A stretch of 64,000 nucleotides of DNA from Eledone cirrhosa. Lineage: Eukaryota. The position numbers and the translations under genes were made by a program. Numbering within the stretch: position 1 is the stretch's first letter; each line of letters opens with the position of its first letter. Shown here in pieces: positions 1 through 18,000 of the stretch. The stretch is from contig OZ024742.1 in assembly GCA_964016885.1 (NCBI GenBank), positions 71,238,001 to 71,302,000 on the forward strand, written 5' to 3'. The notes beneath the pieces are model-generated. The model made no database searches. It was not told where the DNA came from and saw nothing but the letters and a program-made list of their open reading frames with translations.

Positions 1-3000
1 AACATACACTACACTGTCCTGTCTCTCACTAATAGACACTACACTGTCCTGTCTCTCAATAACATACACTACACTGTCCTGTCACACACTAATGGACACT
101 ACACTGTCCTGTCCCACACTAACATACACTACACTGTCCTGTCCGACACTAATAGACACTACACTGTCCTGTCTCTCACTAACATAAACTACAATGCCCT
201 GCCCCACACTCACATACACTACACTGTCCTGTCTCTCAGTAGCATACGCCACACTGTCCTGTCTCACACTAATAGACACTACACTGTCCTGTCTCTCACT
301 AATAAACACTACACTGTCCTGTCTCACACTAACGTACACTACACTGTCCTGTCTCACACTAATAGACACTACACTGTCCTGACTCACACTAACATACACC
401 ACACTAATAGACACGACACTGTCCTGTCTCACACTAACATACATTACAATGTCCTGTCTCACACTAGACACTACACTGTCCTGTACCACACTAATAGACA
501 ATACACTGTCCTGTACAAAACTAATAGACACTACACTGTCCTGTCTCACACTAATAGAGACTACACTGCCTGTACCACACTAATAGACACTACATTGTCC
601 TACCCCACACTAATAGACACTACACTGTCCTGTCTCACACTAATAGGCACTACACTGTCCTGTCCCACACTAATAGACACTACACTGCCCCGTCCCACAC
701 TAACATTACACTACACTGTCCTGTCCCACACAAACATACACTACACTGTCCGGTCACACAATAATAGACACTACACTGACCTGTCTCTAACTAATAGACA
801 CTACACTGTCCTGTCTCCCACTAATAGACACTACAATGTCCTGTCCCGCACTAATAGACACTACGCTGTCCTGTCTCACACTAATAGACACTACACTGTC
901 TTGTCTCAGACTAATAGACACTACATTGTCCTACCCCACACTAATAGACACTACACTGTCCTGTATCACACTAATAGACACTACACTGTCCTGTCCCACA
1001 CTAATAGACACTACACTTCCCCGTCCCACACTAACATTACACTACACTGTTCTCTCCCACACAAACACACACTACACTGTCCTGTCTCTCACTAATAGAC
1101 ACTACACTGTCCTGTCTCTCACAAACATACACTACACTGTCCTGTCACACACTAATGGACACTACACTGTCCTGTCCCACACTAACATACACTACACTGT
1201 CCTGTCCGACACTAATAGACACTACACTGTCCTGTCTCTCACTAACATACACTACAATGCCCTGCCCGACACTCACATACACTACACTGTCCTGTCTCTC
1301 AGTAACATACGCCACACTGTCCTGTCTCACACTAATAGACACTACACTGTCCTGTCTCTCATTAATAAACACTACACTGTCCTGTCTCACACTAACATAC
1401 TCTACACTGTCTTTCTCACACTAATAGACACTACACTGTCCTGACTCACACTAACATACACCACACTAATAGACACGACACTATCCTGTCTCACACTAAC
1501 ATACACTACAATGTCCTGTCTCACACTAAACACTACACTGTCCTGTACGACACTAATAGACAATACACTGTCCTGTACGAAACTAATAGACACTACACTG
1601 TCCTGTCTCACACTAATAGACACTACACTGTCCTGTCCGGCACTAATAGACACTACACTGTCCAGTCCCACACTAATATACACTACACTGTCCTGTCTCA
1701 CACTAATATAGACTACACTGTCCTGTCTCACACTAATAGACAGTACGCTGTCTTGTCTCAGACTAATAGACACTACATTGTCCTACCCCACACTAATAGA
1801 CACTACACTGTCTTGTATCAAACTAATAGACACTACACTGTCCTGTCTCACACTAATAGACACTACACTGTCCCAGACTAATAGACACTACACTGTCGTG
1901 TCTTATACTAGCTTTACACTACATTGTCATGTCCCACACTAATGGACACTACACTGACCTGTAACCCACTAATAGCCACTACACTGTCCTGTCCCTCACT
2001 AAGATACACTACACTGGTCTGTCCCACAATAATAGACACTACACTGTCCTTTCTCAAACTAACATACACTACACTGTCCTGTCCCACACTAACATACACT
2101 ACACTGTCCTGTCTCACACTAATAGACACTACACTGTCCTTCCCCACACCAATAGACACTACTCTGACCTGTCTCACACTAATAGACACTACACTATACT
2201 GTCTCAAACTATAGACACGACACTGTCCTGTCTCACACTAATAGACACTACTCTGACCTGTCTCACACTAATAGACACTGCACCGTCCTGCCCCACACTA
2301 ATAGACACTACACTATACTGTCTCAAACTATAGACACGACACTGTCCTGTCTCACACTAATAGAGACTACAGTGTCCTGTCTCACACTAATAGACACTAC
2401 ACTGTCCTGTTCCACACGAATACACACTACACTGTCCTGTCTCAAACTAATACACACTACACTGTCCTTTCCCACACGAATAGACACTACACTGTCCTGT
2501 CCCACACTAACATACACTACACTGTCCTGTCTCACAGTTATAGACACTACACTGTCCTGCCCCACACTCATAGACACTACACCATACTGTCTCACACTAA
2601 TAGACACTACACTGTCCTGTACCACACAACATACACTGCACTGTCCTGTACCACACTAACATACACTACAATGTCCTGTCCCGCACTAATAGACACTACA
2701 CTGTCCTGTATCACACTAATAGACACTACACTGTCCTGTCCCACACTAATAGACACTACACTGTCCTGTACCACACAAAATACACTGCACTGTCCTGTAC
2801 CACACTAATAGTCACTACAATGTGCTGTATCACACTAACATACACTACACTGTGTCTCTCACACTAATAGACACTACACTGTCTTGTCTCAGACTAATAG
2901 ACACTACATTGTCCTACCCCACACTAATAGACACTACACTGTTCTGTCTTACACTAATAGACATTACACTGTCCTGTCCCACACTAATATACACTACACT

Positions 3001-6000
3001 GCCCCGTCCCAAACTAACATTATACTACACTGTCCTCTCCCACACAAACATACACTACACTGTGTGTCTCACACTAATAGACATTACACTCTCCTGTCTC
3101 ACACTAATAGACACTACACTGTCCTGTTTCTCACTAACATACATTACACTGTCCTGTCACACACTAATGGGCACTATACTGTCCTGTCCCACACTAACAT
3201 ACACTACACTGTCCTGTCCCACACTAATAGACACTTCACTATCCTGTCTCACACTAATAGACACTACACTGTCCTGTCTCCACTAACATACACTACACTG
3301 TCCTGACCCACACTAATAGACACTACACTGTCCTGTCTCACACTAATAGACGCTACACTGCCCTGTCCGACACTAATAGACACTACACTGTCCTGTCTCT
3401 CACTAACATACACTACAATGCCCTGCCCCACACTCACATACACTACACTGTCCTGTCTGTCAGTAACGTACGCCACACTGTCCTGTCTCACACTAATAGA
3501 CACTACACTGTCCTGTATCACACTAACATACACTACACTGTCTCTCTCACACTAATAGACAATACACTGTCCTGACTCACACTAACATACACTACAATGT
3601 CCTGTCTCACACTAGACACTACACTGTCCTGTGCCACACTAATAGACAATACACTGTCCTGTACAAAACTAATAGACACTACACTGTCCTGTCTCACACT
3701 AATAGACACTACACTGCCTCTACCACACTAATAGACACTACATTGTCCTACCCCACACTAATAGACACTACACTGTCCTGTCTCACACTAATAGGCACTA
3801 CACTGTCCTGTCCCACACTAATAGAGACTACACTGCCCCCTCCCACACTAACATTACACTACACTGTCCTCTCCCACACAAACATACACTACACAGTCTG
3901 TCTCTCACTAATCGACACTACACTGTCCTGTCTCTAATTAATAGACACTACACTGTCCTGTCTCACACTGATAGACACTACACTGTCCTCTCCCGCACTA
4001 ATAGACACTACACTGTCCAGTCTCAAACTAATAGACACTACACTGCCCTGTCCCACCCTAATAGACACTACACTGTCATGTCTCATACTAACTTTACACT
4101 ACATTGTCATGTCCCACACTAATAGACACTACACTGTCCTGTCTTACACTAATAGACACTACACTGTCCTGTCTCTCAATAACATACACTACAATGCCCT
4201 GCCCCACACTCACCCTGTCTCTCAGTAACATACGCCACAGTGTCTCTCTCACACTAAAAGACACTACACTGTCCTGACTCACACTAACATACACCACACT
4301 GTACTGTCTCACACTAATAGACACGACACTGTCCTGTCTTACACTAAAATACACTACAATGTCCTGTCTCACACTAGACACTACACTGTCCTGTACCACA
4401 CTAATAGACACTACATTGTTCTACACCACACTAATATTCACTACACTGTCCTGTCTCACATTAATAAGCACTACACTGTCCTGTCTCACACTAATATACA
4501 CTACACTGTCCTGTCTCTCACTAACATACACTACACTATCCTGTCCCACACTAATAGACATTACACTGTCCTGTCTCACACTAATAGACAGTACATTGTC
4601 CCAGAGTAATAGACACTATACTGTCCTCTCCTACACAAACATACACTACACTGTCCTGTCTCTCACTAACATAGACTACACTATCCTGTCCCACACTAAT
4701 AGACACTACACTGTCCTGTCCCACACTAATAGACACTACACTGCCCCGTCCCACACTAACATTACACTACACTGTCCTCTCCCACACAAACATACACTAC
4801 ACAGTCTGTCTCTCACTAATCGACACTACACTGTCCTGTCACACACTAATAGACATTACACTGTCCTGTCCCACACTAATAGACACTACACTGTCCTGTC
4901 CCACACTAATAGACACTACACTGCCCCGTCCCACACTAACATTACACTACACTGTCCTCTCCCACACAAACATACACTACACAGTCTGTCTCTCACTAAT
5001 CGACACTACACTGTCCTGTCCCACACTAATAGACATTACACTGTCCTGTCTCACACTAATAGACACTACACTGTCCAAGACTAAAAGACACTACACTGTC
5101 GTGTCTCATACTAACTTTACACTACATTTTCATGTCACACACTAATAGACACTACACTGTCCCAGACAAATAGACACTACACTGTCGTGTCTCATATTTA
5201 CGTTACAATACATTGTCATGTCCCACACTAATAGACACTACACTGTCCCGTCTCACACTAATAGACACTACACTGTCCTGTCTCTCACTAACATACACTA
5301 CACTATCCTGTCCCACACTAATAGACATTACACTGTCCTGTCTCACACTAATAGACACTAAACTGTCCCAGACTAATAGACACTACAATGTCGTGTTTCA
5401 CACTAACTTTACACTACCCTGGCATGTCCCACACTAATATACACTACACTGTCCTGTCCTATACTAATAGCCACTACACTGTCCTGTCTCTCACTAACAT
5501 ACACTACACTGGTCTGTTCCACAATAATAGACACTACTCTGTCTGTCTCTCACTAACATACACTACACAGACCTGTCCCACACTAACATCCACTACACTG
5601 TCTTGCCCCACACTAACATACATTACACTGTCCTGTACCACACTAATAGACACTTCACGGTCCTGTCTCCCACTAATAGACACTACACTGTCCTGTCCCA
5701 CACTAATAGACACTACACTTCCCCGTCCCACACTAACATTACACTACACTGTCCTGTCCCACACTAACATCCACTACACTGTCTTGTCCCACACTAACAT
5801 ACATTACACTGTCCTGTACCACACTAATAGACACTTCACGGTCCTGTCTCACACTAATAGACACTACACTGTCCTGTCCCACACTCCCATACACTACACT
5901 GTCCTATCCCACACTAATAGACACCAGATTGTCCTGTCTCACACTAATAGATACTACAATGTCCTGTCTCACACTAATAGACACTGCACCGTCCTGCCCC

Positions 6001-9000
6001 ACACTAATAGACACTACACTGTCCTGTCTCAAACTATAGACACGACACTGTCCTGTCTCACACTAATAGAGACTACAGTGTCCTGTCTCACACTAATAGA
6101 CACTACACTGTCTTGTCCCACACTAACATACACTACACTGTCCTGTCTCACAGTTATAGACACTACACTGTCCTGCCCGACACTCGTAGACACTACACCA
6201 TACTGTCTCACACTAATAGACACTACACTGTCCTGTACCACACAACATACACTGCACTGTCCTGTACCACACTAAAAGACACTACAATGTCCTGTCTCAC
6301 ACTAATAGACACTACACTGTCCTGTCTCACACTAATAGACACAACACTGTAATGTACCACACTAACATAGACTACACTGTCCTGCCCCACAGTTATAGAC
6401 ACTACACTGTCCTGTCCCAAACTAACATTCACTACACTGTCCTGCCTTACACTAATAGACACTACACTGTCCTGTCTCACACTAACATACACTACACTGT
6501 CTTGTCCCACACTAACATACATTACACTGTCTGCCTCACACTAATACACACTACACGGTCCTGTCCCACACTAATAGACACTACACTTCCCTGTCCCACA
6601 CTAACATAACACTACACTGTCCTGTCCCACACAAACATACACTACACTGTCCTGTCACACAATAATAGACGCTACACTGTCCTGTCTCACACTAATATAG
6701 ACTACAATGTCCTGCCCAAACAAATAGACACTACACTGTCCTGTCCCACACTAACATACACTACACTGTCCTGTCTCACACTAATAGACACTACATTGTC
6801 GTACCCCACACTAATAGACACTACACTGTCCTGTCTCACACTAATAGACACTACACTGTCCTGTCTCTCACTAATATACACTAGACTGTCCTGCCCCACA
6901 CTAATAGACATTACACTGTCCTGTCTCACACTAATAGACACTACACTGTCTGTCTCACACTAATAGACACTACACTGTCTCAGACTAATAGAGACTACAT
7001 TGTCGTACCCCACACTAATAGACACTACACTGTCCTGTATCGAACTAATAGACACTACACTGCCCTGTCCCACACAAACATACACTACACTGTCGTGTCT
7101 CATACTAACTTTACACTACATTGTGATGTCGCACACTAATAGACACTACACTGTCCTGTCTCACACTAATAGACACTACACTGTCCTGTCTCTCACTAAC
7201 ATAGACTACACTGTCCTGTCACACACTAATGGAAACTACACTGTCCTGTCCCACACTAACATATACTACACTGTCCTGTCCAACACTAATAGATACTACA
7301 CTGTCCTGCCCCACACTAACAGACACTACACCATACTGTCTCACACTAATAGAAACTACACTGTCCTGTACCACACAACATACACTGCACTGTCCTGTAC
7401 CACACTAATAGACACTACAATGTCCTGTCTCACACTAATAGACACTACACTGTAATGTACCACAACAACATCCACTACACTGTCCTGTCTTACACTAATA
7501 GACACTACACTGTCCTGTCTCACACTAACATACATTACACTGTCATGTACCACACTAATAGATACTTCACTGTCCTGTCTCACACTGATAGACACTACAC
7601 TGTCAGGTCTCACACTAATAGTCACTACACTGTCCTATCTCACACTAATAGACACTACACTGCTCTGAGTCTCACTAAGATACACTACACTGTCGTGTCC
7701 CACACTCCCATACACTACACTGTCCTATCCCACACTAATAGACACCAGACTGTCCTGTCTCACACTAATAGATACTGCAATGTCCGGTCTCACACTAATA
7801 GACACTACACTGTCCTGTCTCGCACTAATAGAGACTACACTGTCGTGTCTCTCACTAACATACACTACACTATCCTGTCCCACACGAATAGACATTACAC
7901 TGTCCTGTCACTAATAGACACTAAACCGTCCCAGACTAATAGACTCTACCCTGGCATGTCCCACACTAATATACACTACACTGTCCTGTCCTATACTAAT
8001 ACACACTATACTGTCCTGTCTCTCTCTAACATACACTACACTGACCTGTCACCCACTTATAGCCACTACACTGTCCTGTCTCTCACAAACATACACTACA
8101 CTGGTCTGTTCCACAATAATAGACACTACACTGTCCTGTCTCTCACTAACATACACTACACAGTCCTGTCCCATACTAACATACACTACACATTCCTGTC
8201 TCACCCTTATAGACAATACACTGTCCTGTCTCACACTAATAGACACTACACTGTAATGTACCACAACAACATCCACTACACTGTCCTGTCTTACACTAAT
8301 AGACACTACACTGTCCTGTCTCACACTAACATACATTACACTGTCATGTACCACACTAATAGACACTTCACTGTCCTGTCTCACACTAATAGACACTACA
8401 CTGTCAGGTCTCACACTAATAGTCACTACACTGTCCTATCTCACACTAATAGACACTACACTGCTCTGAGTCTCACTAAGATACACTACACTGTCCTGTC
8501 CCACACTCCCATACACTACACTGTCCTATCCCACACTAATAGACACCAGACTGTCCTGTCTCACACTAATAGATACTGCAATGTCCGGTCTCACACTAAT
8601 AGACACTACACTGTCCTGTCTCACACTAATAGAGACTACACTGTCGTGTCTCTCACTAACATACACTACACTATCCTGTCCCACACTAATAGACATTACA
8701 CTGTCCTGTCACTAATAGACACTAAACCGTCCCAGACTAATAGACTCTACCCTGGCATGTCCCACACTAATATACACTACACTGTCCTGTCCTATACTAA
8801 TACACACTATACTGTCCTGTCTCTCTCTAACATACACTACACTGACCTGTCACCCACTTATAGCCACTACACTGTCCTGTCTCTCACAAACATACACTAC
8901 ACTGGTCTGTTCCACAATAATAGACACTACACTGTCCTGTCTCTCACTAACATACACTACACAGTCCTGTCCCACACTAACATACACTACAAATTCCTGT

Positions 9001-12000
9001 CTCACCCTTATAGACTCTACATTGTCCTGTCTCACACTAATACACACTACACTGTCAGTCCCAAACGAATAGACACTACACTGTCCTGTCCCACACTAAC
9101 ATACACTACACTGTCCTGTCTCACAGTTATAGACACTACACTGTCCTGCGCCACACTAATAGACACTACACCATACTAATAGACACTACACTGTCCTGTA
9201 CCACACAACATACACTGCACTTTCCTGTCTCACACTAACAGACACTACACTGTAATGTACCACACTAACATAGATTACACTGTCCTGCCCCACACTAACA
9301 TACACTACACTGTCTTGTCCCACACTAACATACATTACAGTGTCCTGTACCACACTAATAGACACTTCACTGTCCTGTCTCACACTAATAGACACTACGC
9401 TGTCATGTCTCACACTAATAGACACTACAATGTCCTGTACCACACTTATAGACACCAGACTGTCCTGTCTCACACTAATAGATACTACAATGTCCTGTCT
9501 CACATTAATAGACACTACACAGTCCTGTCCCACACTAATAGAAACTACACTGTCCTGTCTCCTACTAATAGACACTACACAGTATTGTACCAGACTAATA
9601 GACACTACATTGTCCTGTTTCACACTAATAGATACTACACAGTCCTGTCCCACACTAATAGACACTACACAGTCCTGTCCCACACTAATAGAGACTACAC
9701 TGTCCTGTCTCCCACTAATAGACACTACACAGTACTGTACCACACTAATAGACACTACACTGTCCTGTTTCACAGTAACATACACTACACTCTCCTGTCT
9801 CACACTAATAAGTACTACACAGTCCTGTCCCACACTAATAGAGACAACACAGTCCTCTATCACACTAGTAGACACTGCACTGTCCCGTCTCACACTAATA
9901 GACACTACACTGTCCTGTCTCACAGTAACATACACTACACACTCCTTTCTCCCACTAATAGACACTACACTGTCCTGTCCCACACTAACATACACTACCC
10001 TGTCCTGTACCACACTAATAGACACTACACTGTCTTGTACCACACTAATAGACACTACACTGTCCTGTCTCATACTAACATTCACTACAATGTCCGGTTT
10101 CACACTAATAGATACACTGTCCTGTCTCTCACTAACATACACTACACTGTCCTGTCTCACACTAATAGACACTACACTGTCCTGTCTCTCACTAACATAC
10201 ACTACACTGTCCTGTCTCACACTAATAGACACTACACTGTCCTGTCTCTCACTAACATACACTACACTGTCTGTCTCACACTAATAGACACTACACTGTC
10301 CTGTCTCTCACTAACATACACTACACTGGCCTGTCTCACACAAATATACACTACACTGTTCTGTCTCACAATAATAGACACTACACTGTCTTGTCCCACT
10401 GTAACATTCACTACACTGTCCTGTTCCACATTAACATACACTACGCTGTCCTGTCTCACACTAATAGACACTACACTGTCCTGTCTCTCACTAACATACA
10501 CTACACTGGCCTGTCTCACACAAATATACACTACACTGGCCTGTCTCACACAAATATACACTACACTGTTCTGTATCACACTAATAGACACTACACTGTC
10601 TTGTCCCACTGTAACATTCACTACACTGTCCTGTCCCACATTAACATACACTACACTGTCATGTCTCAAACTAATAGACACTACACTGTCTGTTCTCACT
10701 ATCATACACTACACTGTCCTGTCTCACACTTATAGACACTGCAATGTCCTGTCTCACACTAATAGACAATACACTTCCTGTATCACACTCACATAGACTA
10801 CACTGTCCTGCCGCACACTAATGGGCACTACACTGTCTTGTCGCCCACACTAGTAGACACTACACTGCCGTGTCCACCACTAATATACACTACACTGCCA
10901 TGTCCCACACTAACATACACTACACTGTTTTGTTCCACACTAATAGACACTACACTGTCTGTCTCACACTAATAGACACTACACTGTCTGTCTCACCTTA
11001 ACATACACTACACTGTCTGTCTCACCCTAAGAGACACTACACTGTCCTCTCTCACACTAACAAACCTTACACTGTCCTCTCCCACACTAATAGACACTAC
11101 ACTGTCCTGTCCCACACTAACATTACACTACACTGTCCTGTCCCACACAAACATACACTACACTGTCCTGTCACACAATAATAGACACTACAATGTCCTG
11201 TCTCACACTAGAAACTACACTGTCCTGTCTCACACTAATAGACACTACACTGTCCTGTACCACACTAACATACATTACACTCTCCTGTCTCGCTCTAATA
11301 GACACTACACTGTCATATCTCACACTAACATACACTACATTGTCCTTCTCACACTAATAGACACTACATTTCCCTCTCTCACACTAATATGCACTACACT
11401 GTCCTGTCTCTCACTAACATACATTACAATGTCCTGTCTCACACTAATAGACACTACACTGTTCTGTCTCACACTAATAGACACTACACTGTCCTGTATC
11501 TCACTAACATACACTACACTGTCCTGTCTCACACTAACATACACTACACTGTCCTGTCGCACAGTAATATACACTACACTGTCCTGTACCACACTAATAG
11601 ACACTACACTGCCCTGTCTCATACTAACATACACTACGCTGTCCTTACCACACTAATAGACACTACACTGTCCTCTCTCACGTTATAAGAAACACTACAC
11701 TGTCGTGTCCCACACTAATAGACACTACACTGTCCTGTCCCACACTACCATACAATACACTGTCCTGCACCACATTGATAGACACTGCACTGTCCCCTCT
11801 CACGTTATGAGAAACACTACACACTCCTGTACAACACTAATAGACACCACATTGTCCTGTCCCACACTAACATACATAACACTGTCCTGTACCACACAAA
11901 TAGACACTACACTGTCCTCTCTCACGTTATAAGATACACTACACTATCCCGTCCCACACTAATAGAAACTATACTGTCCTGTCCAACACTAATATATACT

Positions 12001-15000
12001 ACACTGTCCTGTCCCACACTAACAAACACTACACTGTCGTGTCTCACATTAATAGACACTACACTGTCCTGTCTCACACTAATAGACACTAAACTGTCCT
12101 GTCTCACACTAATAGACACTACTCTGCCCTGTCTCACAGTAATAGACACTACTCTGCCCTGTCTCACACTAATAGACATTACATTGTCCTGTACAACACT
12201 AACATACACTACACTGTTCTGTCTCACACTAATAGACACTACACCGTCCTGTCCAACACTGATATACACTACACTGTCCTGTCACACACTAATAGACACT
12301 ACACTGTCCTGTCCCACACTGATAGACACTACACTGTCCTGTCCAACACTGATAGACACTACACTGTCCTGTCCCACACTTATAGACACTACACTGTCCT
12401 GTCACACACTAATAGACACTACACAGTCCTGTCCCACACTAATAGACACTACACAGTCCTGTCCCACACTAATAGACACTACACTGTCTGTCACACACTA
12501 ATAGACACTACACTGTCCTGTCCCACACTGATAGACACTACACTGTCCTGTCCCACACTGATAGACACTACACTGTCCTGTCCAACACTGATAGACACTA
12601 CACTGTCCTGTCCCATACTAATAGACACTACACTGTCCTGTCACACACTAATAGACACTACACTGTCCTGTCCCACACTGATAGACACTACACTGTCCTG
12701 TCCAACACTGATAGACACTACACTGTCCTGTCCCACACTAATAGACACTACACTGTCCTGTCACACACTAATAGACACTACACTGTCCTGTCTCACACTG
12801 ATAGACACTACACTGTCCTGTCCAACACTGATAGACACTACACTGTCCTGTCCCACACTAATAGACACTACACAGTCCTGTCCCACACTAATAGACACTA
12901 CACAGTCCTGTCCCACACTAATAGACACTACACTGTCCTGTCCCACACTAACATACACTACGTTGTCCTGTCTTACACTAAGAGAGACTACACTGTCCTG
13001 TCCCACACTAACATATACTACACTATCCTGTCTCACACTAATAGACACTACATTGTCCTGTCCCACACTAATAGACACAACACTGTCCTGTCTCACACTG
13101 ATAGACACTATACTGTCCTGTCTCACATTAACATACACTACATTGTTCCGTACCATACTTATAGACTCTACACTGTCCTGTCTCACACTAACATACACTA
13201 CACTTTCATGTCCCACACTAATAGAGACTACACTCTCCTGTCCCACACTAACATACACTACACTGTCTGTCTCACACTAATAGACACTACACTGTCCTGT
13301 CCCACACTATTAGACACTACACTGTCTGTCTCACACTAACATACACTACACTGTCCTGTCTCACACTAATAGACACTACACTGTCCTGTGTCACACTAAC
13401 ATACCCTACACTGTCCTGACCCACACTAATAGACATTACACAGTCCTGTATTACACTAATAGACACTACACTGTTCTCTCTCTCTCTAACATACACTACA
13501 CTGTCCTGTACCACACTAATAGACACTACACTGTCCTCTCTCACGTTATAAGAAACACTACACGGCCCTGTAAAACACTAATAGTCACTACATTGTCCTG
13601 TCCTACATTAACACACATTACACTGTCCTGTACCACACTAATAGACACTACACTGTCCTTTCTCACGTTATAAGAAACACTACACTGTCCTGTCCCACAC
13701 TAATAGACATTATACTGTCCTATCCCACACTAACATACATTACAATGTCCATTCTCACACTAATAGACACTACACTGTCCTGTCTCACACTGATAGACAC
13801 TACACTGTCCTGTCCCACACTAATAGACACTACTCTGTCCTGTCCCACACTAACATACACTACGTTGTCCTGTCTTACACTAAGAGAGACTACACTGCCC
13901 TGTACAACACTAATAGACACTACATTGTCCTGTCCTACACTAACACACATTACACTGTCCTGTACCACACTAATAGACACGACACTGTCCTCTCTCACGT
14001 TATAAGAAACACTACACTGTCCTGTCCCACACTAATAGACATTATACTGTCCTATCCCACATTAACATACACTACAATGTCCATTCTCACACTAATAGAC
14101 ACTACACTGTCCTGTCTCACACTAATACACACTACACTGTCTTGTCCAACACGAATAGACACTACACTGTCCTGTCCCACACTAACATACACTACACTGT
14201 CCTGTCTCACACTAATAGACACTACACTGTCCTGTCCCACACTAATACACACTACACTGTCCAGTCCCAAACGAATAGACACTACACTGTCCTGTCTCCC
14301 ACTAATTGACACTACACAGTCCTGTCCCACACTGATAGAGACTACACTGTCCTGTCTCCCACTAATAGACACTACACAGTACTGTACTACACTAATAGAA
14401 ACTACACTGTCCTGTCCCACATTAACATACACTACCCTGTCCTGTGCCTAACTAATAGATACTACAATGTACTGTCTCACACTAATAGACACTACATTCT
14501 CCTGTCTCACACTAATAAGTACTACACAGTCCTGTCCCACACTAATAGAGACAACACTGTCCTCTATCACACTAGTAGACACTGCACTGTCCCGTCTCAC
14601 ACTAATAGACACTACACTGTCCTGTCTCACAGTAACATACACTACACTCTCCTTTCTCCCACTAATAGACACTACACTGTCCTGTCCCACACTAACATAC
14701 ACTACCCTGTCCTGTACCACACTAATAGACACTACACTGTCCTGTACCACACTAATAGACACTACACTGTCCTGACTCATACTAACATTCACTACACAGT
14801 CCGGTTTCACACTAGTAGACACTACACAGTCCTGTCCCACACTAATAGACACTACACAGTCCTATACCACACTAATAGACACTACACTGTCCTGTACCAC
14901 ACTAATAGACACTACACCGTCCTGTCCCACACTGATAGACACTACACTGTTCTGTCCCACACTAATAGACACTACACTGTCCTATACCACACTAATGGAC

Positions 15001-18000
15001 ACTACACAGTCCTGCCCCACACTAATAGACACTACACTGTCCTGTCTCACACTAATAGACACTACTCTGCCCTGTCTCACACTAATAGACACTACTCTGC
15101 CCTGTCTCACACTAATAGACACTACTCTGCCGTGTCTCACACTAATAGACACTACACTGTCCTGTACCACACTAACATACACTACACTGTTCTGTCTCAC
15201 ACTAATAGACACTACACCGTCCTGTCCCACACTGATAGACACTACACTGTTCTGTCCCACACTAATAGACATTACAATGTCCTGTCACACACTAATGGAC
15301 ACTACACTGTCCTGTCCCACAGTAACATACACTACGTTGTCCTGTCTTACACTAAGAGAGACTACATTGTCCTGTCCCACACTAATAGACACAACACTGT
15401 CCTGTCTCACAGTAACATACACTACAATGTCCTGTCTCACAGTTATAGACAATACACTGTCCTGTCCCACACTAATAGACACTACACCATACTGTCTCAT
15501 ACTAATAGACACTACACTGTCCTGTACCACACAACATACACTGCACTGTCCTGTACCACACTAATAGACACTACACTGTCCTGTCTCACACTAACAGACA
15601 CTACACTGTAATGTACCACACTAACATAGACTACACTGCCCTGCCCCACACTAACATACACTACGATGTCCTGTCTTACACTAAGAGAGACTACACTGTC
15701 CTGTCCCACACTAACATATACCACACTATCCTGTCTCACACTAATAGACACTACATTGTCCTGTCCCACACTAATAGACACAACACTGTCCTGTCTCACA
15801 GTAACATACACTACAATGTCCTGTCTAACAGTGACATACACTACACTGTCCTGTCTCACACTAACATACACTACACTTTCATGTCCCACACTAATAGAGA
15901 CTACACTCTCCTGTCCCACACTAACATACACTACACTGTCTGTCTCACACTAATAGACACTATACTGTCCTGTCCCACACTAATAGACACTACACTGTCT
16001 GTCTCACACTAACATAGACTACACTGTCCTGTCTCACACTAATAGACACTACACTGTCCTGTGTCACACTAATAGACACTACATTGTCCTGTCCCACACT
16101 AATAGACATTATACTGTCCTATCCCACACTAACATACACTACAATGTCCATTCTCACACTAATAGACACTACACTGTCCTGTCTCACACTAATACACACT
16201 ACACTGTCCTGTCCCACACGAATAGACACTACACTGTCCTGTCCCACACTAACATACACTACACTGTCCTGTCTCACACTAATAGACTCTACACTGTCCT
16301 GTCCCACACTAATACACACTACACTGTCCAGTCCCAAACGAATAGACACTACACTGTCCTGCCCCACACTAATAGACACTACACGATACTGTCTCATACT
16401 AATAGACACTACACTGTCCTGTACCACACAACATACACTGCACTGTCCTGTACCACACTAATAGACACTACACTGTCCTGTCTCACACTAACAGACACTA
16501 CACTGTAATGTACCACACTAACATAGACTACACTGCCCTGCCCCACACTAACATACACTACACTGTCCTGTCTCACATTAACATACACTACACTGTCTTG
16601 TCCCACACTTACATACATTACAGTGTCCTGTACCACACTAATAGACACTTCACTGTCCTGTGTCACACTAATAGACACTACACCGTCATGTCTCAAACTA
16701 ATAGACACTACAATGTCCTGTACCACACTAATAGACACTACACTGTCCTATCCCACACTAATAGACACCATACTGTCCTGTCTCACACTAATAGACACTA
16801 CACTGCCCTGTCTCATACTAACATACACTACACTGTCCTTACCACACTAATAGACACTACACTGTCCTCTCTCACGTTATAAGAAACACTACACTGTCGT
16901 GTCCCAGACTAATAGACACTACACTGTCCTGTCCTACACTACCATACACTACACTGTTCTGCACCACATTAATAGACACTACACTGTTCCCTCTCACGTT
17001 ATAAGAAACACTACACTGTCCTGTACAACACTAATAGACACAACATTGTCTGTCCCACACTAACATACATTACACTGTCCTGTACCACACAAATAGACAC
17101 TACACTGTCCTCTCTCACGTTATAAGATACACTACACTGTCCTGTCCCACACTAATAGACACTATACTGTCCTGTCCAACACTAATATATACTACACTGA
17201 CCTGTCCCACACTAACAAACACTACACTGTCCTGTCTCACATTAATAGACACTACACTGTCCTGTCTCACACTAATAGACACTACTCTGCCCTGTCTCAC
17301 ACTAATATATACTATACTGTCCTGTCCCACACTAACGAACACTACACTGTCTGTCTCACATTAATAGACACTACACTGTCCCGTCTCACATTAATAGACA
17401 CTACACTGTCCTGTCTCACGCTAATAGACACTACACTGTCCTGTCTCACACTAATAGACACTACTCTGCCCTGTCTCACAGTAATAGACACTACTCTGCC
17501 CTGTGTCACACTAATAGACAGTACACTGTCCTGTCCCACACTAACGAACACTACACTGTCTGTCTCACATTAATAGACACTACACTGTCCTGTCTCACAT
17601 TAATAGACACTACACTGTCCTGTCTCACACTAATAGACACTACACAGTCCTGTCTCACACTAATAGACACTACTCTGCCCTGTCTCACACTAATAGACAG
17701 TACACTGTCCTGTACCACACTAACATACACTACACTGTTCTGTCTCACGCTAACATTCACTACACCGTCCTGTTCCACACTGATAGACACTACACTGTCC
17801 TGTCCCACACTAATAGACACTACACTGTCCTGTCACACACTAATAGACACTACACAGTCCTGTCCCACACTAATAGACACTACACAGTCCTGTCCCACAC
17901 TAATAGACAGTACACTGTCCTGTACCACACTAACATACACTACACTGTTCTGTCTCATACTAATAGACACTACACTGTCCTGTTCCACACTGATAGACAC